Part shown: positions 28,591 to 40,533 of the stretch, in pieces
How the letters are laid out: every line of letters begins with the position of its first letter
How positions within the stretch are numbered: position 1 is the stretch's first letter
DNA from: Eledone cirrhosa
Taxonomy: Eukaryota
Assembly (NCBI GenBank): GCA_964016885.1
Contig: OZ024742.1
Coordinates: 110,360,001-110,424,000 of the forward strand
Direction: 5' to 3'
DNA length: 64,000 nt
Notes under the pieces: generated by a model
The model's input: the letters and a program-made list of their open reading frames with translations, nothing else
What the model was told of the DNA's origin: nothing
Databases searched by the model: none
Made by a program: the position numbers and the translations under genes

Positions 28591-28924
28591 TAAAAATAAA
28601 AATAACAACACAAGAGAGAGTTACCTTGGGAGAGATTTAATAGTCCCTATATATTTCGGATTCACATCCATCAACTGGGGGTTTTTTCCGGGGTGGGGGA
28701 AAAGGTTGTCTGTCGGACAAGTCCGGAAGGCGTCTTTCGCTGTTTGTTGATTTGAATATTCAAATCAACAAACAGCGAAAGACGCCTTCCGGACTTGTCC
28801 GACAGACAACCTTTTCCCCCACCCCGGAAAAAACCCCCAGTTGATGGATGTGAATCCGAAATATATAGGGACTATTAAATCTCTCCCAAGGTAACTCTCT
28901 CTTGTGTTGTTATTTTTATTTTTA
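28591..28924. repeat. Perfect spacerless palindrome (2 x 167 bp)
   Basis: Centre GAAT|ATTC at 28757/28758; the arms match by eye. Confidence 0.9.
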
Positions 28925-29637
28925 GGCTGAACTTGCCTGTAGAGCAATGGCATTGGGTGGGAGGTGATGATAGCTGACCTTGCCTGTAGAGCAATGAGGG
29001 AATGGGTGGAGCCGGTCAAGCGTTGAAAGTGAAATCTATACAGCAAGTTCTAAGGATTGTGTATAAACGTTGGCCAGAGGAAGTAGGCGAAAAAGGGTTC
29101 TGGAGAAAATAGAGGAGGGATGTTATAGAATAGATAAACCAATTGAGATTTGGAGACAATAAAAAATAAAAAATAAGAGAAAGATATATAAATATATAAA
29201 ATTGGATAGTAAGAAGTGATTAAAAGCAAAGACTGTGGAGTCCAAAACAGCTGCTATAATTAGTTGGTGTTGCTTTTTCGGGCACTGCTAGAGAATAGAT
29301 TAATAAGTTGAGAATAGAAGATACGAAATAAGAATTTTTGAAGTTATAGAATTGTGTAGTAAAAAGTAATACAAAATATCTGAGGTCTAACACAGCTGCT
29401 ATGATTAGTTAGTATTGCGTTTTAGGCCAATGCTATCTTTAATTTACTGGGGGTTGGGGTACTGAGGCTACAGAGGCCAGATGGGCTGCCTCGGGGTAGG
29501 CGAAAGGGGAAAAAAGAAAGAGGGAAAAGATCGGGAGTGATAGGGGGAGACAGAGGGAAGACGGAAACAGAGAGGAAAAGAAAATAGGTACGTGTTTCCC
29601 CTATCTTATTCGGCAAGTGGGATGTTTCAGCCATTGT

Positions 29638-29820
29638 CTACCCACCCAGGTCGTTAGGGGGTTTGAGGGCGCGGTAAGTCCTACGCAATCGGTGTTTGCA
29701 TGCCGTTACCAGTTCGTCTTTTTTGTTTAGGAGTTGGTTCTTCGTAAATAGCATTTGTAATGTTTCATCCGAGCATAAGTTTCACGGACGGCCTCCTCCC
29801 GAGTAGGGGTTAGCTCTGGA
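29638..29820 (-). pseudogene. PLE GIY-YIG endonuclease C-terminal fragment
   Basis: SRANPYSGGGRP*NLCSDETLQMLFTKNQLLNKKDELVTACKHRLR..., which aligns with the end of the 40590-41364 frame. Confidence 0.8.
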
Positions 29821-30228
29821 CAAGTAAGATTGTATGTTATGTTATTATCTTGGAGGTCCCAGATGTGGCCCGAAAGTGTAGTGGCATGTCGCCTATCCAA
29901 TTTTATATTTTATATATCTTTCCCTTATTTTTTATTTTTTATTGTCTCCAAATCTCAATTGATTTACCTATTCTATAACATCCCTCCTCTATTTTCTCCA
30001 GAACCCTTTTTCGCCTACTTCCTCTGGCCTACGTTTATACACAGTCCTTAGAACTTGCTGTATAGATTTCACTTTCAACGCTTGACCGGCTCCACCCACT
30101 CCCTCATTGCTCTACAGGCAAGTTCAGCCATTCCCACCCCCCACCCACTGCCATGGTAGACTTAATTGTTTTTACAAGAAATTTTGACCAATCCTCTTGA
30201 CAACTACAATCTTCCCATATAAGAAAGT

Positions 30229-30324
30229 ACCCCTTGAAAAGTTCGGCTATTTATTTACCAGGCTAAAAATTCTAATTTAGTCCAGAAATAGCCGTCGAAA
30301 CGGCTTGAGCTCTGTCGTCGGGGT
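30229..30324 (+). ncRNA. Type I HHR, family B, U3:A8 core
   Basis: ACCCC TTGAAAA G..CGGCTATTT...AAATAGCCG.C GAAA CGGC-ttgagctct-GTCG TC GGGGT. Confidence 0.8.
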
Positions 30325-30415
30325 CATACATTTTCCTATTACCCACTATACTACCCTAAGTATTGAGCACTTTGGTGCGTTATGGTCCATCTGGTTCTTT
30401 ACCACAACTCCTTCG

Positions 30416-30478
<63 letters not shown>

Positions 30479-30534
30479 TATATATATACATACACACATA
30501 CACACATACACATACACACTCACACACACACACA

Positions 30535-30679
<145 letters not shown>

Positions 30680-30980
30680 GCATATATAAAAACAAATAAC
30701 GAAACGAAATTAAATTTCGTTTCGTTTGTAACTCACTTTTGTATGACTGACGCTTAAACAATTAAGTTAAAAATGTACATCTACATATGCATACTGAAAT
30801 ACTAGTATGCATATGAATACACACACGTATACATATGTAGATGTACCAAGTCTTTCACTGGTTACTTTACTGTGAGTATCCAGCTATTCTGTATGTAAAC
30901 ACACAGACAAACCGGTTTTTAGAGTCATACTGGTTTTTGAGGAAACACCTTTCCTCTATTCTCCAGAAAGCCAGACAAGG

Positions 30981-31025
30981 AATATTGAACTAGTTTCGTT
31001 GTTGTTACAACTCATCAGCAATATT
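30981..31025 (-). ncRNA. Type I HHR, family E copy 1
   Basis: Reverse complement of the motif at 31982. Confidence 0.92.
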
Positions 31026-31446
31026 TACCTATCTACCGGCCTTTCTGGTGAATCGTAAAAGCACATATCGTTATATGCTTTTTCTATGAAAATTAGTAGT
31101 GGGCAGACTAATTTGCATAGAGTGTGAGTACGTACCGGTTCAACGGAGACGATAAAAACAAATAACGAAACGAAATTAAATTTCGTTTCGTTTGTAACTC
31201 ACTTTTGTATGACTGACGCTTAAACAATTAAGTTAAAAATGTACATCTACATATGCATACTGAAATACTAGTATGCATATGAATACACACACGTATACAT
31301 ATGTAGATGTACCAAGTCTTTCACTGGTTACTTTACTGTGAGTATCCAGCTATTCTGTATGTAAACACACAGACAAACCGGTTTTTAGAGTCATACTGGT
31401 TTTTGAGGAAACACCTTTCCTCTATTCTCCAGAAAGCCAGACAAGG

Positions 31447-31491
31447 AATATTGAACTAGTTTCGTTGTTGTTACAACTCATCAGCAATATT
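31447..31491 (-). ncRNA. Type I HHR, family E copy 2
   Basis: Identical motif 466 bp from copy 1. Confidence 0.92.
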
Positions 31492-31888
31492 TACCTATCT
31501 ACCGGCTTTTCTGGAGAATCGTAAAAGCACATATCGTTATATGCTTTTTCTATGAAAATTAGTAGTGGGCAGACTAATTTGCATAGAGTACCGGTTCAAC
31601 GGAGACGATAAAAACAAATTAAAAACCGGTTTGTCTGTGTGTTTACATACAGAATAGCTGGATACTCACAGTAAAGTAACCAGTGAAAGACTTGGTACAT
31701 CTACATATGTATACGTGTGTGTATTCATATGCATACTAGTATTTCAGTATGCATATGTAGATGTACATTTTTAACTTAATTGTTTAAGCGTCAGACATAC
31801 AAAAGTGAGTTACAAACGAAACGAAATTTAATTTCGTTTCGTTATTTGTTTTTATCGTCTCCGTTGAACCGGTACGTACTCACACTCT

Positions 31889-31937
31889 ATGCAAATTAGT
31901 CTGCCCACTACTAATTTTCATAGAAAAAGCATATAAC
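31889..31937 (+). promoter_or_regulatory. Octamer (ATGCAAAT) plus TATA-like element upstream of HHR
   Basis: ATGCAAAT at 31889 and CATATAA at ~31930; same layout in family A. Function is inferred only. Confidence 0.35.
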
Positions 31938-31981
31938 GATATGTGCTTTTACGATTCTCCAGAAAGGCCGGTAGATAGGTA

Positions 31982-32026
31982 AATATTGCTGATGAGTTGT
32001 AACAACAACGAAACTAGTTCAATATT
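31982..32026 (+). ncRNA. Type I HHR, family E copy 3
   Basis: AATATTG CTGATGA GTTG-taacaa-CAAC GAAA CTAG TT CAATATT; canonical core, palindromic stem III, GUU site. Confidence 0.92.
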
Positions 32027-32622
32027 CCTTGTCTGGCTTTCTGGAGAATAGAGGAAAGGTGTTTCCTCAAAAACCAGTATGACTCTAAAAACCGGTTTGT
32101 CTGTGTTTTTACATACAGAATAGCTGGATACTCACAGTAAAGTAACCAGTGAAAGACTTGGTACATCTACATATGTATACGTGTGTGTATTCATATGCAT
32201 ACTAGTATTTCAGTATGCATATGTAGATGTACATTTTTAACTTAATTGTTTATATATATATATATATATATATAAACAAAAATAAAAGTACCCCATTACA
32301 ATCACATATTATACATGCATTCACACACACAGACACACACATATATGCACACACAGACACACGCACACAGACACCCATACCCACACACCCACACCCACAC
32401 CCACACCCACATATATATATTTATATATGCCTGTACACACACACATATCTTAAATTTCTCCATCTATCTTGTTAATTTATTATTTGAATGGTTTCTGCGC
32501 CTGCATTTGTACAACACACCGGTTTGTTTAATTCCTAATTCCATATGGATTACTCTTTGGATGAATTGATTATGTCCCCGCGCATATATATATATATATG
32601 TATACATGTATACATGTATGTA

Positions 32623-32674
<52 letters not shown>

Positions 32675-32942
32675 AATTAATATAAATTAATATATGATAA
32701 ACCCATATTATTGCCAATATGGGTTTGTTTTTATTGATTTATTATTTTAAATCGAGACAGGCAAACTATATTTATTTGAATTAGTGTATTTCATTCTAGC
32801 TAACTTGGTCATTTACAATACAAACACTTATGTGTTTATCATATTTTAATTTATATTAACTTGTATTTCACGGCTCAGAAATGCTTCTTTCTTTGAGCTA
32901 ATTAATTGTAAAGGACTGTTTGAGTTTATAACTCTAAATATA

Positions 32943-33062
<120 letters not shown>

Positions 33063-33167
33063 TATATATACATATATATATATATACATATATATAGATA
33101 TGTATACATGTATATATATATATATATATATAAACATATATATATATATACATATATATAGATATGT

Positions 33168-33230
<63 letters not shown>

Positions 33231-33392
33231 TAGGTAAATATACACGGGTGTGTATGATTGTGTATAGAAGATTATATTAATAAAACGAATTCCAATTTTG
33301 TCTGATTTACTCGTTTTATATACAATCCTTTAAAATATATAATGGTATTATAATGAAATAGTATGATAGAATATTAAATTCTAAGTGTTAAT

Positions 33393-33431
33393 TGAACAAG
33401 TACTTTCATGCTTTCGCAATCTTCAGGTTCA
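33393..33431 (-). ncRNA. Minimal type I HHR in PLE 3' UTR
   Basis: TGAAC CTGAAGA T-TGC-gaaa-GCA-T GAAA GTAC TT GTTCA; CUU site. Confidence 0.9.
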
Positions 33432-33818
33432 TAATATGTGATGACAGTCAAGTTTGCAATTTTCAACTGTAATAAGATGGGTAAATTTCCTACCTTTTAT
33501 ACATTTTATACAGAGAAAAGTGGCTCCAGAATGCTAAGCCCTGTAAACTGTATTTCGACGAATCAGTGTGTAGTTTCAGTGAATTACTAAAGCTGATTGG
33601 TTTAAGCGTCACGGCTGGTTGAGCATGTCTAACGACCAATAATCATATCCAAAGCATCAATTGTTTTGCTATGTTTAGAAATGATGAAAATAGCATTTTC
33701 TATTAATCATCACCATCAACATCACTTTTATTATTATTATTATTGTTGTTGTTGTTGTTGTTGTTGTTGTTAGTGGTCGTAGTCATAATGGTAGTAGAAG
33801 TAATACCCCTAAGCGTTA

Positions 33819-35130
33819 TTATTGTTCATTTAGCTTGGGTTTGAATTTGTCAATAAAATTCTTTTCTTTGACTTTTCTCTTGATTTCACTTGGGCTGTGT
33901 AATTTGTAGAATGGGAATATTATAAATATTCCCTGACCACATGTTGCTAGATGGTTGCTTAGGGGTATCTGACGGACATAGGGTCTCTGATTTGTTGACG
34001 GTGTACCCGTGCACGTTTCGATAGTGCATTTCCAGTTTGACCGACATATAGTTCTTCACAATTCGGGCATTTAATGCAGTAAATTAGATTTCTGCTTTTG
34101 CAGTTCATATTTGCATTTGGGAATATTTTTCCAGTTTTTGTTTTCATATATTGACCGGCGTGTATGGATTGACATGTGTCGCATCGACTATCATTGCATT
34201 TAGATACAGTGAATGATTGGTCTTTGTTGTTAAGGTCAAACTTTGCTTTTGTTAGTAATTGCTTCAAATTTTTTGGCTGTCTTTTACTAAGAGTCAAAGA
34301 TCGATCTGTGATTAAGCCTTTTAATTCATTACTTTGAGCAATGATCGGTAGGTTTGCTTTGGCAGTGTTGAAGATATTCTGGTGACATGGGTTGTGTGTC
34401 ATTATAAATGGTATGACGAGTTCTTGGTTTCTTCTTCCTTGGGTTGTCCTAAGTTGTTGTATAGGTATTTTTATAGCCCGCTGTATGCCATTTTCTATAA
34501 GTAGAGATGGGTATTTTTGTTTGAGCAAAAATTCTCTTAGTTCTGTTAGGCGTTTGTACCTGGTATTCGTATCTTCTACAATGGTACAAATTCTTCTGGC
34601 TAGGCAGTATGGGATGTTGCGTTTTGTATGAGGTGGATGGCACGACTTAAAATTCAGATATTGATGGTTGTCTGTGTGTTTATAATATATATCCGTGGTA
34701 ATGGTGGTGTCGTTTTTGATTATCATTATATCTAGGAATGGTAATTTGGTCCTACTTATCTCTTTTGTGAATTGGAGAGATGGGTGTAGGTTATTCAGGA
34801 GGATATTGAACTCATCCAGAGTATCTAGAGATTCTGTCCAGATGATGAAACAGTCGTCAAGGTATCTCTTCCAAGATTTTTCAATGTACTTTCTAAAGTC
34901 AGTACTATATTTTTCCTCTATTTCTTGGTAGAGTTGTTGTTCTAAGTATCCCATTACAGAGTTCGCGTAAACGGGAGCAAACTTCGTTCCCATCGCTGTG
35001 CCTCTAATTTGGATGTAATTCTTTCCATTGAAGAAGAAAGTGTTGTTTTCCAGAATAAGTTTAACTGCGTCTAATATAAATGGCGCTGTGAATCTAATGG
35101 GAATCACTTCTCTATGTTTTTCCACCCAGT
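33819..35130 (-). pseudogene. PLE reverse transcriptase + GIY-YIG endonuclease (truncated, one frameshift near 33960)
   Basis: QIRGTAMGTKFAPVYAN, RYLDDCF, LPFLDI, KCNDSRCDTC, NLIYCIKCPNCEELYVGQTG; continues ...SNHLATC...KFKPKLNEQ*. Confidence 0.95.
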
Positions 35131-35410
35131 ATTTATATATATATATATATACATACACATGTATACATGTATATACATATTTACACACTTTCGGATGGCC
35201 GTTGACTCTTTGTCAGGTTTTATTTTTTGTCCTGCAGGGTGTCAACAATCACCCTCCTCACCAAGTAAACTTGGTGGAGTTGCCGGTTTAGTCGTCGCCG
35301 ACGACCCGACCATGCGACAGGTTTTACTGGGTTACATGTTACCAGTAACATTCAAAAGTGACCCGACATTATATTTATATATATATATACACACACAATC
35401 GTATTTTTAA

Positions 35411-35535
35411 TATTCGGCAAGGCCAGCCGTAACTCGCTCGGTATGCAAATGAGGCTACTCAGCCGATGTATACTTAAGAAAATACTATATATTTTCAACC
35501 ATTCAACAGACTGGTAGAGGTATACAGTCCCGACA
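35411..35535 (+). mobile_element. Diverged fragment related to family A (octamer region)
   Basis: AACTCGCTCGGTATGCAAATGAGGCTACTCAGCCG...TATAT resembles the reverse complement of 45660-45760. Confidence 0.6.
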
Positions 35536-35599
35536 CATGTTGATTGTTCTTTTTTTAACCTAGTTATTTATCTGGGAAATCCTTTTTGTTTCTTGAGAG

Positions 35600-37775
35600 A
35601 AGGACACTCTGAAATACATGCGGTTGATCAGCTACCGATCATCTTGCATCTGCTTGTCATCCGATTCTGGCTGTTGATACTTAGAGAGCAGCATATGTGT
35701 CGCACAAGCATATGCTGCCATTGATCTCCTTGTGCAGATATCTCTTCAAAATCCCATGGAGAAGCAGTGATGTGTACAGACCTAACGAGTTGGAGGTATG
35801 CAGTTGCTAATCTAAACGCAGGCAGCTTAAGGTTTATCTAACGTCATTGCCAGTTTTCTGAATAAAAACTGGCTTGGGCGGAATCTTTTGTGACTGAGCA
35901 GCCCTTTCCAAGGAAAACACTGCTCACCCAAATCTTGGGAGACGTCTAGAAAAGGCGACGGAAACATTGTCTGTTCCACCATCAAGCTGGTCAGCAACAT
36001 GTGACTGACGACTGTCCATACCCACAGGAGAAACAGTAATAATAATAGTAATAATTTCCAAAAGAATAGAATAACAATCAATGTTGAGACGTGGAACATA
36101 CGAACACTTCTTGACAGGGAACGATCGTCCAATGCAGAAGGCAGGACTGTTATTGTTGGCAGAGAGTTGAGCAGATATAATATTGACACAGCTGCACTCT
36201 CCGAAACCCGTCTTAGTGGGGGAAGGTCATCTATCAGAGATGCTGGCTATTCGTTCTTCTGGAAAGGGAAACCAAATGGGGGTGGGGTGGGGGGTGGGGT
36301 GGGGTGGAAGAGTAGGTTTCGCTGTCGAAACAGAGATCTCAAAACAACTGGATCAACCACAAGGCATTAGGAATCGTATCATGCACCTAAGAGTTCCTCT
36401 TTCTAGGGGACGTTTCATCACTATCATGTCAGTGTATGCCTCTAACCAGCAGGGTCGCCAAGAATCAATCTTGGCTTTTTACCAAGATTTACGAGGGTGT
36501 ATAACATCAATTCCACATTCAGATAAGATCTTGCTTCTTGGGGATTTTAATGCACGTGTGGGAAAGGACGACCACATCTGGAATGTTTTAGGACGTTTCG
36601 GCATGGGCAAGATGAATGACAATGGTCTCCTTTTGTAGTTATGCACTGAGTTTGAGCTGGTCATATGCAACACATTTTTTCAGCAAAAGGAGATCCACAA
36701 GGCAACAACATTGATACACCCAAGATCGAAGCATGGACACATATTGGATTGCATCATCACCAGGAAGAGAGACATCCAGGATATCTGCTCTGTCAGAGTT
36801 ATGTGTGGTGCAGAATGTGGTACATACCACAAACTTGTGCGTGTCAAAATGAAGGTGCAGATCAGAAGAAAATTGGGGGCACCAGGGGTACAAGTGACAA
36901 AACGTACAGATGTGTCAAAACTGCAAAGTGTAGAAATGCGAGACGCTCTTCAAAATACACTTGTCTTTGATGGAATTTGGGAACAGTTTAAAACACAGGT
37001 TTACAATAGAGCTGATGTACCTGGTCTTAAGAAAACAAAACACAGAGATTGGTTTGATGACAATGATGCTGCAATCACCATGCTCATTGAGGAAAAAAAC
37101 AAGCTATATTAGAAGTGCCTTGTTGCAGAGGGTCCTATGAAGACCCCTTTTGAGAAAGCCTTCAAAGAAGCTAAATCAAAATTGCAAAGAAAAACGCGAA
37201 AGATAGACAATAACTGGTGGTCCAACATTTAAACAGAGATGCAGAGGGCGTATAACTACACAGACCTGAAGGCACTATACTGCACAAGAAGGCAAGTTTT
37301 TGGCCCACAACCTTCAAAAATGGTACCGTTAAAGACAAAAGATGGGAACTTCCTCATCAAAGATCTAGCAGGTCTTATGAGTCGGTGGACTGAACATTTA
37401 AAAAGATCGGTTTGAGAAACCATCTATAGTTGATGAGGAAATTACTAATGGACTGCCACAAAGGGAGACTGTAACAGGGATGATGAATGATCCAACCTTT
37501 AATGAGATAAGGTCTACTATTAAAGAGGAAAGCCCCAGATTTGGAACATTTGTTGAGCTGATTTGGTTTTGAGGAGACAATGTTGCTATGGTCATTGGCT
37601 ATGGTCAATGTTGCTATGGTCATGGGCTAGTCTTATCTGTATGGCATTGTAGGCCTGTCCTGCAAGACTGGGTAGATGCAATTTTGCTCTCGATTTACAA
37701 GGGAAAGGGATCTAAATCAGAATGCAGTGATTATCGTGCTATAAGTCTTCTCGAATCGGTAGGAAAAAAGTCTTA
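35600..37775 (+). mobile_element. Decayed RTE (BovB-like) LINE, 5' half
   Basis: TWNIRTLLD, LSRYNIDTAALSETRL, LLLGDFNARVG, HPRSKHGHILDCII, HRDWFDDND, YKGKG...DYRAISLL. Confidence 0.9.
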
Positions 37776-37803
37776 TCCAATATATATATATATATATATA
37801 TAT

Positions 37804-37905
37804 ACAGTGGCGGACTGGCCAGGTTGCCAGGTTGCCCAATGGTAAATGGGCCCCAGGAGGCCCACGGTAGCATTACAGGGCCCACTAGTATTTTAGGGGC
37901 CAACT
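37804..37905 (+). mobile_element. Left end of a DNA transposon-like element (CAGTGGCGGA terminus)
   Basis: GC-rich terminus after (TA)n; complementary to the end at 5027-5040. Confidence 0.4.
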
Positions 37906-38119
37906 TTAAAAAAATACCTGAAGTCTAAGAGAAAGAATAATTAAAAAATAAATAAATAAAACAATTAAGCAAAGCATTTGGTGAACCTATTCCACAGGGA
38001 ATTAATAGAAACCCAAATATATGATAGTGCAAATAGCTGGAATCAGTGGTTGTACATTCTACTAAATCTAAAGCTACGTGTATGCATGCAAGCATACACA
38101 TATATACACATACACACAC

Positions 38120-38220
<101 letters not shown>

Positions 38221-38305
38221 CACATACATACGAACTACTGACCAAATAATGTTTGGTATCAATGGGTTAAAGACATCTGCCAAATCAATTAGTGGTGAAG
38301 GTGGT

Positions 38306-38402
<97 letters not shown>

Positions 38403-38543
38403 TATATATATATATATATATATATATATTCCCCACCACCACCCCACTCTCAAGAGCGTGAAACTAATAAACCTTTGTTCGTACTGCCTCTCTGTTTTGT
38501 TCCCGTTCAATTTTTTACTATATATATATATATATATATATAC

Positions 38544-39490
38544 ACACCTGATGGGATGACAGAGTTCTTTGAGATACTGGCAGGAGTGCTCCAGGGAGAT
38601 ACATTGGCTCCCTACCTTTTTATCATCGTAGTGAACTATTGTATGCGTCTTGCGCTGGAGAAACACCAGGAATCTGGCTTTACTGTAACACCGGCTCAGA
38701 GCAGGTGAGTTAAGGCAAAACAGATATCGGATGCTGAATTTGCCGATGACATAGTTTGGTGACAGACACAGTGAAGGAGGCAGAGGATTTGATGCAAGAG
38801 ATGGAGACTGTGTTGATGGGTGTGGGGCTGAGAATGAATGAGATTAAGACAAAATATCTAGTAGAGAATATTAAGAAGCCAGAGAAGATTACTAATGTAG
38901 GCGGGAAGCCGCTAGAATTGGTTGAGGACTTCCTGTACTTGGGAGCAAAGATTGGGAATACGGAAGATGATGTGGTCGAGAGGAAGAGTAAAGCCTGGGC
39001 GGCGTGCCACAGCTTGAGATCGGTGTGGGAGTCGGACCTTCATAAAGACCTGAAGATCCGCCTCTTCGTTGCTGTAGTAGAGTCTGTGCTGCTGTACGTG
39101 TCTGAGACTTGGACACTGACCAAGAAACTCACTCAGATGGTGGATGGGTGATACACAAGAATGCTGAGGATGGCTCTGAATCAGTATACACTGAAGATGA
39201 AGAACTCAGAGCTGTACGAGAGCCTCCCAAAAGTCAGCTCAAAAGTTACACAGAGGCGACTGAGATTAGCTGGACATGCTCACCTACATGCAGAGTTGAC
39301 ACTGCACTCAGTGCTCCTGTGGGAGCCCCTGCATGGACACACTGGAATAAGAAGACCGAAGTTAACATATGTTGATGCCCCAAGGACAGACAGTGGTCTG
39401 TTAGAGACGCAGGAGATGGAAGCGATAATGAGGGACAGAGACCGCTGGAGAGAACTCGTCCATGGATCTCGAGAATTTTACCCGCCTTAG
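38544..39490 (+). mobile_element. 5'-truncated RTE-type LINE
   Basis: GVLQGDTLAPYLFII, EFADD, VEDFLYLG, SVLLYVSETWTL, RRLRLAGH; the stop codon abuts (TA)n. Confidence 0.92.
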
Positions 39491-39696
39491 ATATATATAT
39501 ATACATACACACATACATATACATATATATATGTATAAATATATATATATATACACATCCACATATATATATATATATATATTTAAATATATATATATAT
39601 ATATATAATGGGAATCATTGTGATTTTGAACCTGTCATGCAAAAACATATATATATGAATAAGGTAAACTCAAATCATAGTAGATTTAAATATCAT

Positions 39697-39737
<41 letters not shown>

Positions 39738-39872
39738 AATGAGGTGCATCAGATAAAACATGGATTACAGGTTAAAATATAGTCTAGATCGATGAGAAAC
39801 AAAACGAGTATGTAGTTTATGGAATACCCCAATGATTTAGAAGTCAACCTTAAGTCGGAGCAATAACATTAA

Positions 39873-40253
39873 GAAAGACATGAACGACACCACATCATTT
39901 TGTTTTGAAAATTTTGAAAGTAGGTTTATAAGTATTAATTTTCATTAGATTTTAGTAGTTGTCTCTGTGGCCTAGCGGTAGGTAGTGGAGATCCTGGCCT
40001 TGTTTTCAATCCTGCTCGAGAGGTACGTGCAATCTAGCTCAGTTTTTCTTTTACTTCCCATAGAAAAAAAAATGAAAAGGATTACCGGGAACGCTACTCC
40101 CGACCTGTATCGAACATCAGACCAGGATCATCATCGCCTATGAATCCTCCAACTAGGCCATCGAGACAGCTACGAAAGTGCAATGAAAATTAATAATTAT
40201 AAACCTACTTTCAAAATCAAAGTTAAAAACATGTGGTGTCGTTCACGACTTTC
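39873..40253. repeat. Imperfect foldback with two inward-facing tRNA-like heads
   Basis: ~39873-40000 versus ~40120-40253; TGGCCTAGCGG on plus, TGGCCTAGTTGG...GTTCGATAC on minus. Confidence 0.6.
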
Positions 40254-40377
40254 CTTTAGTCATATTTAGGGTCGACTTGTCAATCTTCTGGCTTTTTGGT
40301 AACAACCTTATTATCCATATGTGTGTTTAACTGTTGAATTAATTTAATTTGATTATTTTAACAAACAAATAATATAT

Positions 40378-40451
<74 letters not shown>

Positions 40452-40533
40452 GTTATTCCGGGTAGAATCGGAGGTAACCACAGTAAGTAAGGTACTCAAT
40501 ACATTGCAGAGTATAAAAGTTTTAATCTAGATG

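Larger units (their letters stand above)
28925..30418. mobile_element. PLE family B: GIY-YIG C-terminus and 3' UTR on minus, inverted 3' UTR copy on plus
   Basis: ~28960-29210 is inverted at ~29890-30130; ends with the family B terminus before (TA)n. Confidence 0.8.
30688..32250. mobile_element. Family E: 466-bp ORF-less unit, two tandem copies plus ~1.3 inverted copies (retrozyme/pLTR-like)
   Basis: Units start at 30691 and 31157; inversion at ~31620; near-identical copies; one HHR per unit. Confidence 0.9.
33245..35130 (-). mobile_element. 5'-truncated Penelope-like element (Neptune-type)
   Basis: RT, Cys linker and GIY-YIG, 3' UTR with HHR; (TA)n on both sides. Confidence 0.93.

Noticed and set aside
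33959-35188. 409-aa ORF as an intact gene
   Set aside because: The start lies in a TA microsatellite, the RT N-terminus is missing and the C-terminus is frameshifted; recorded as a PLE pseudogene.
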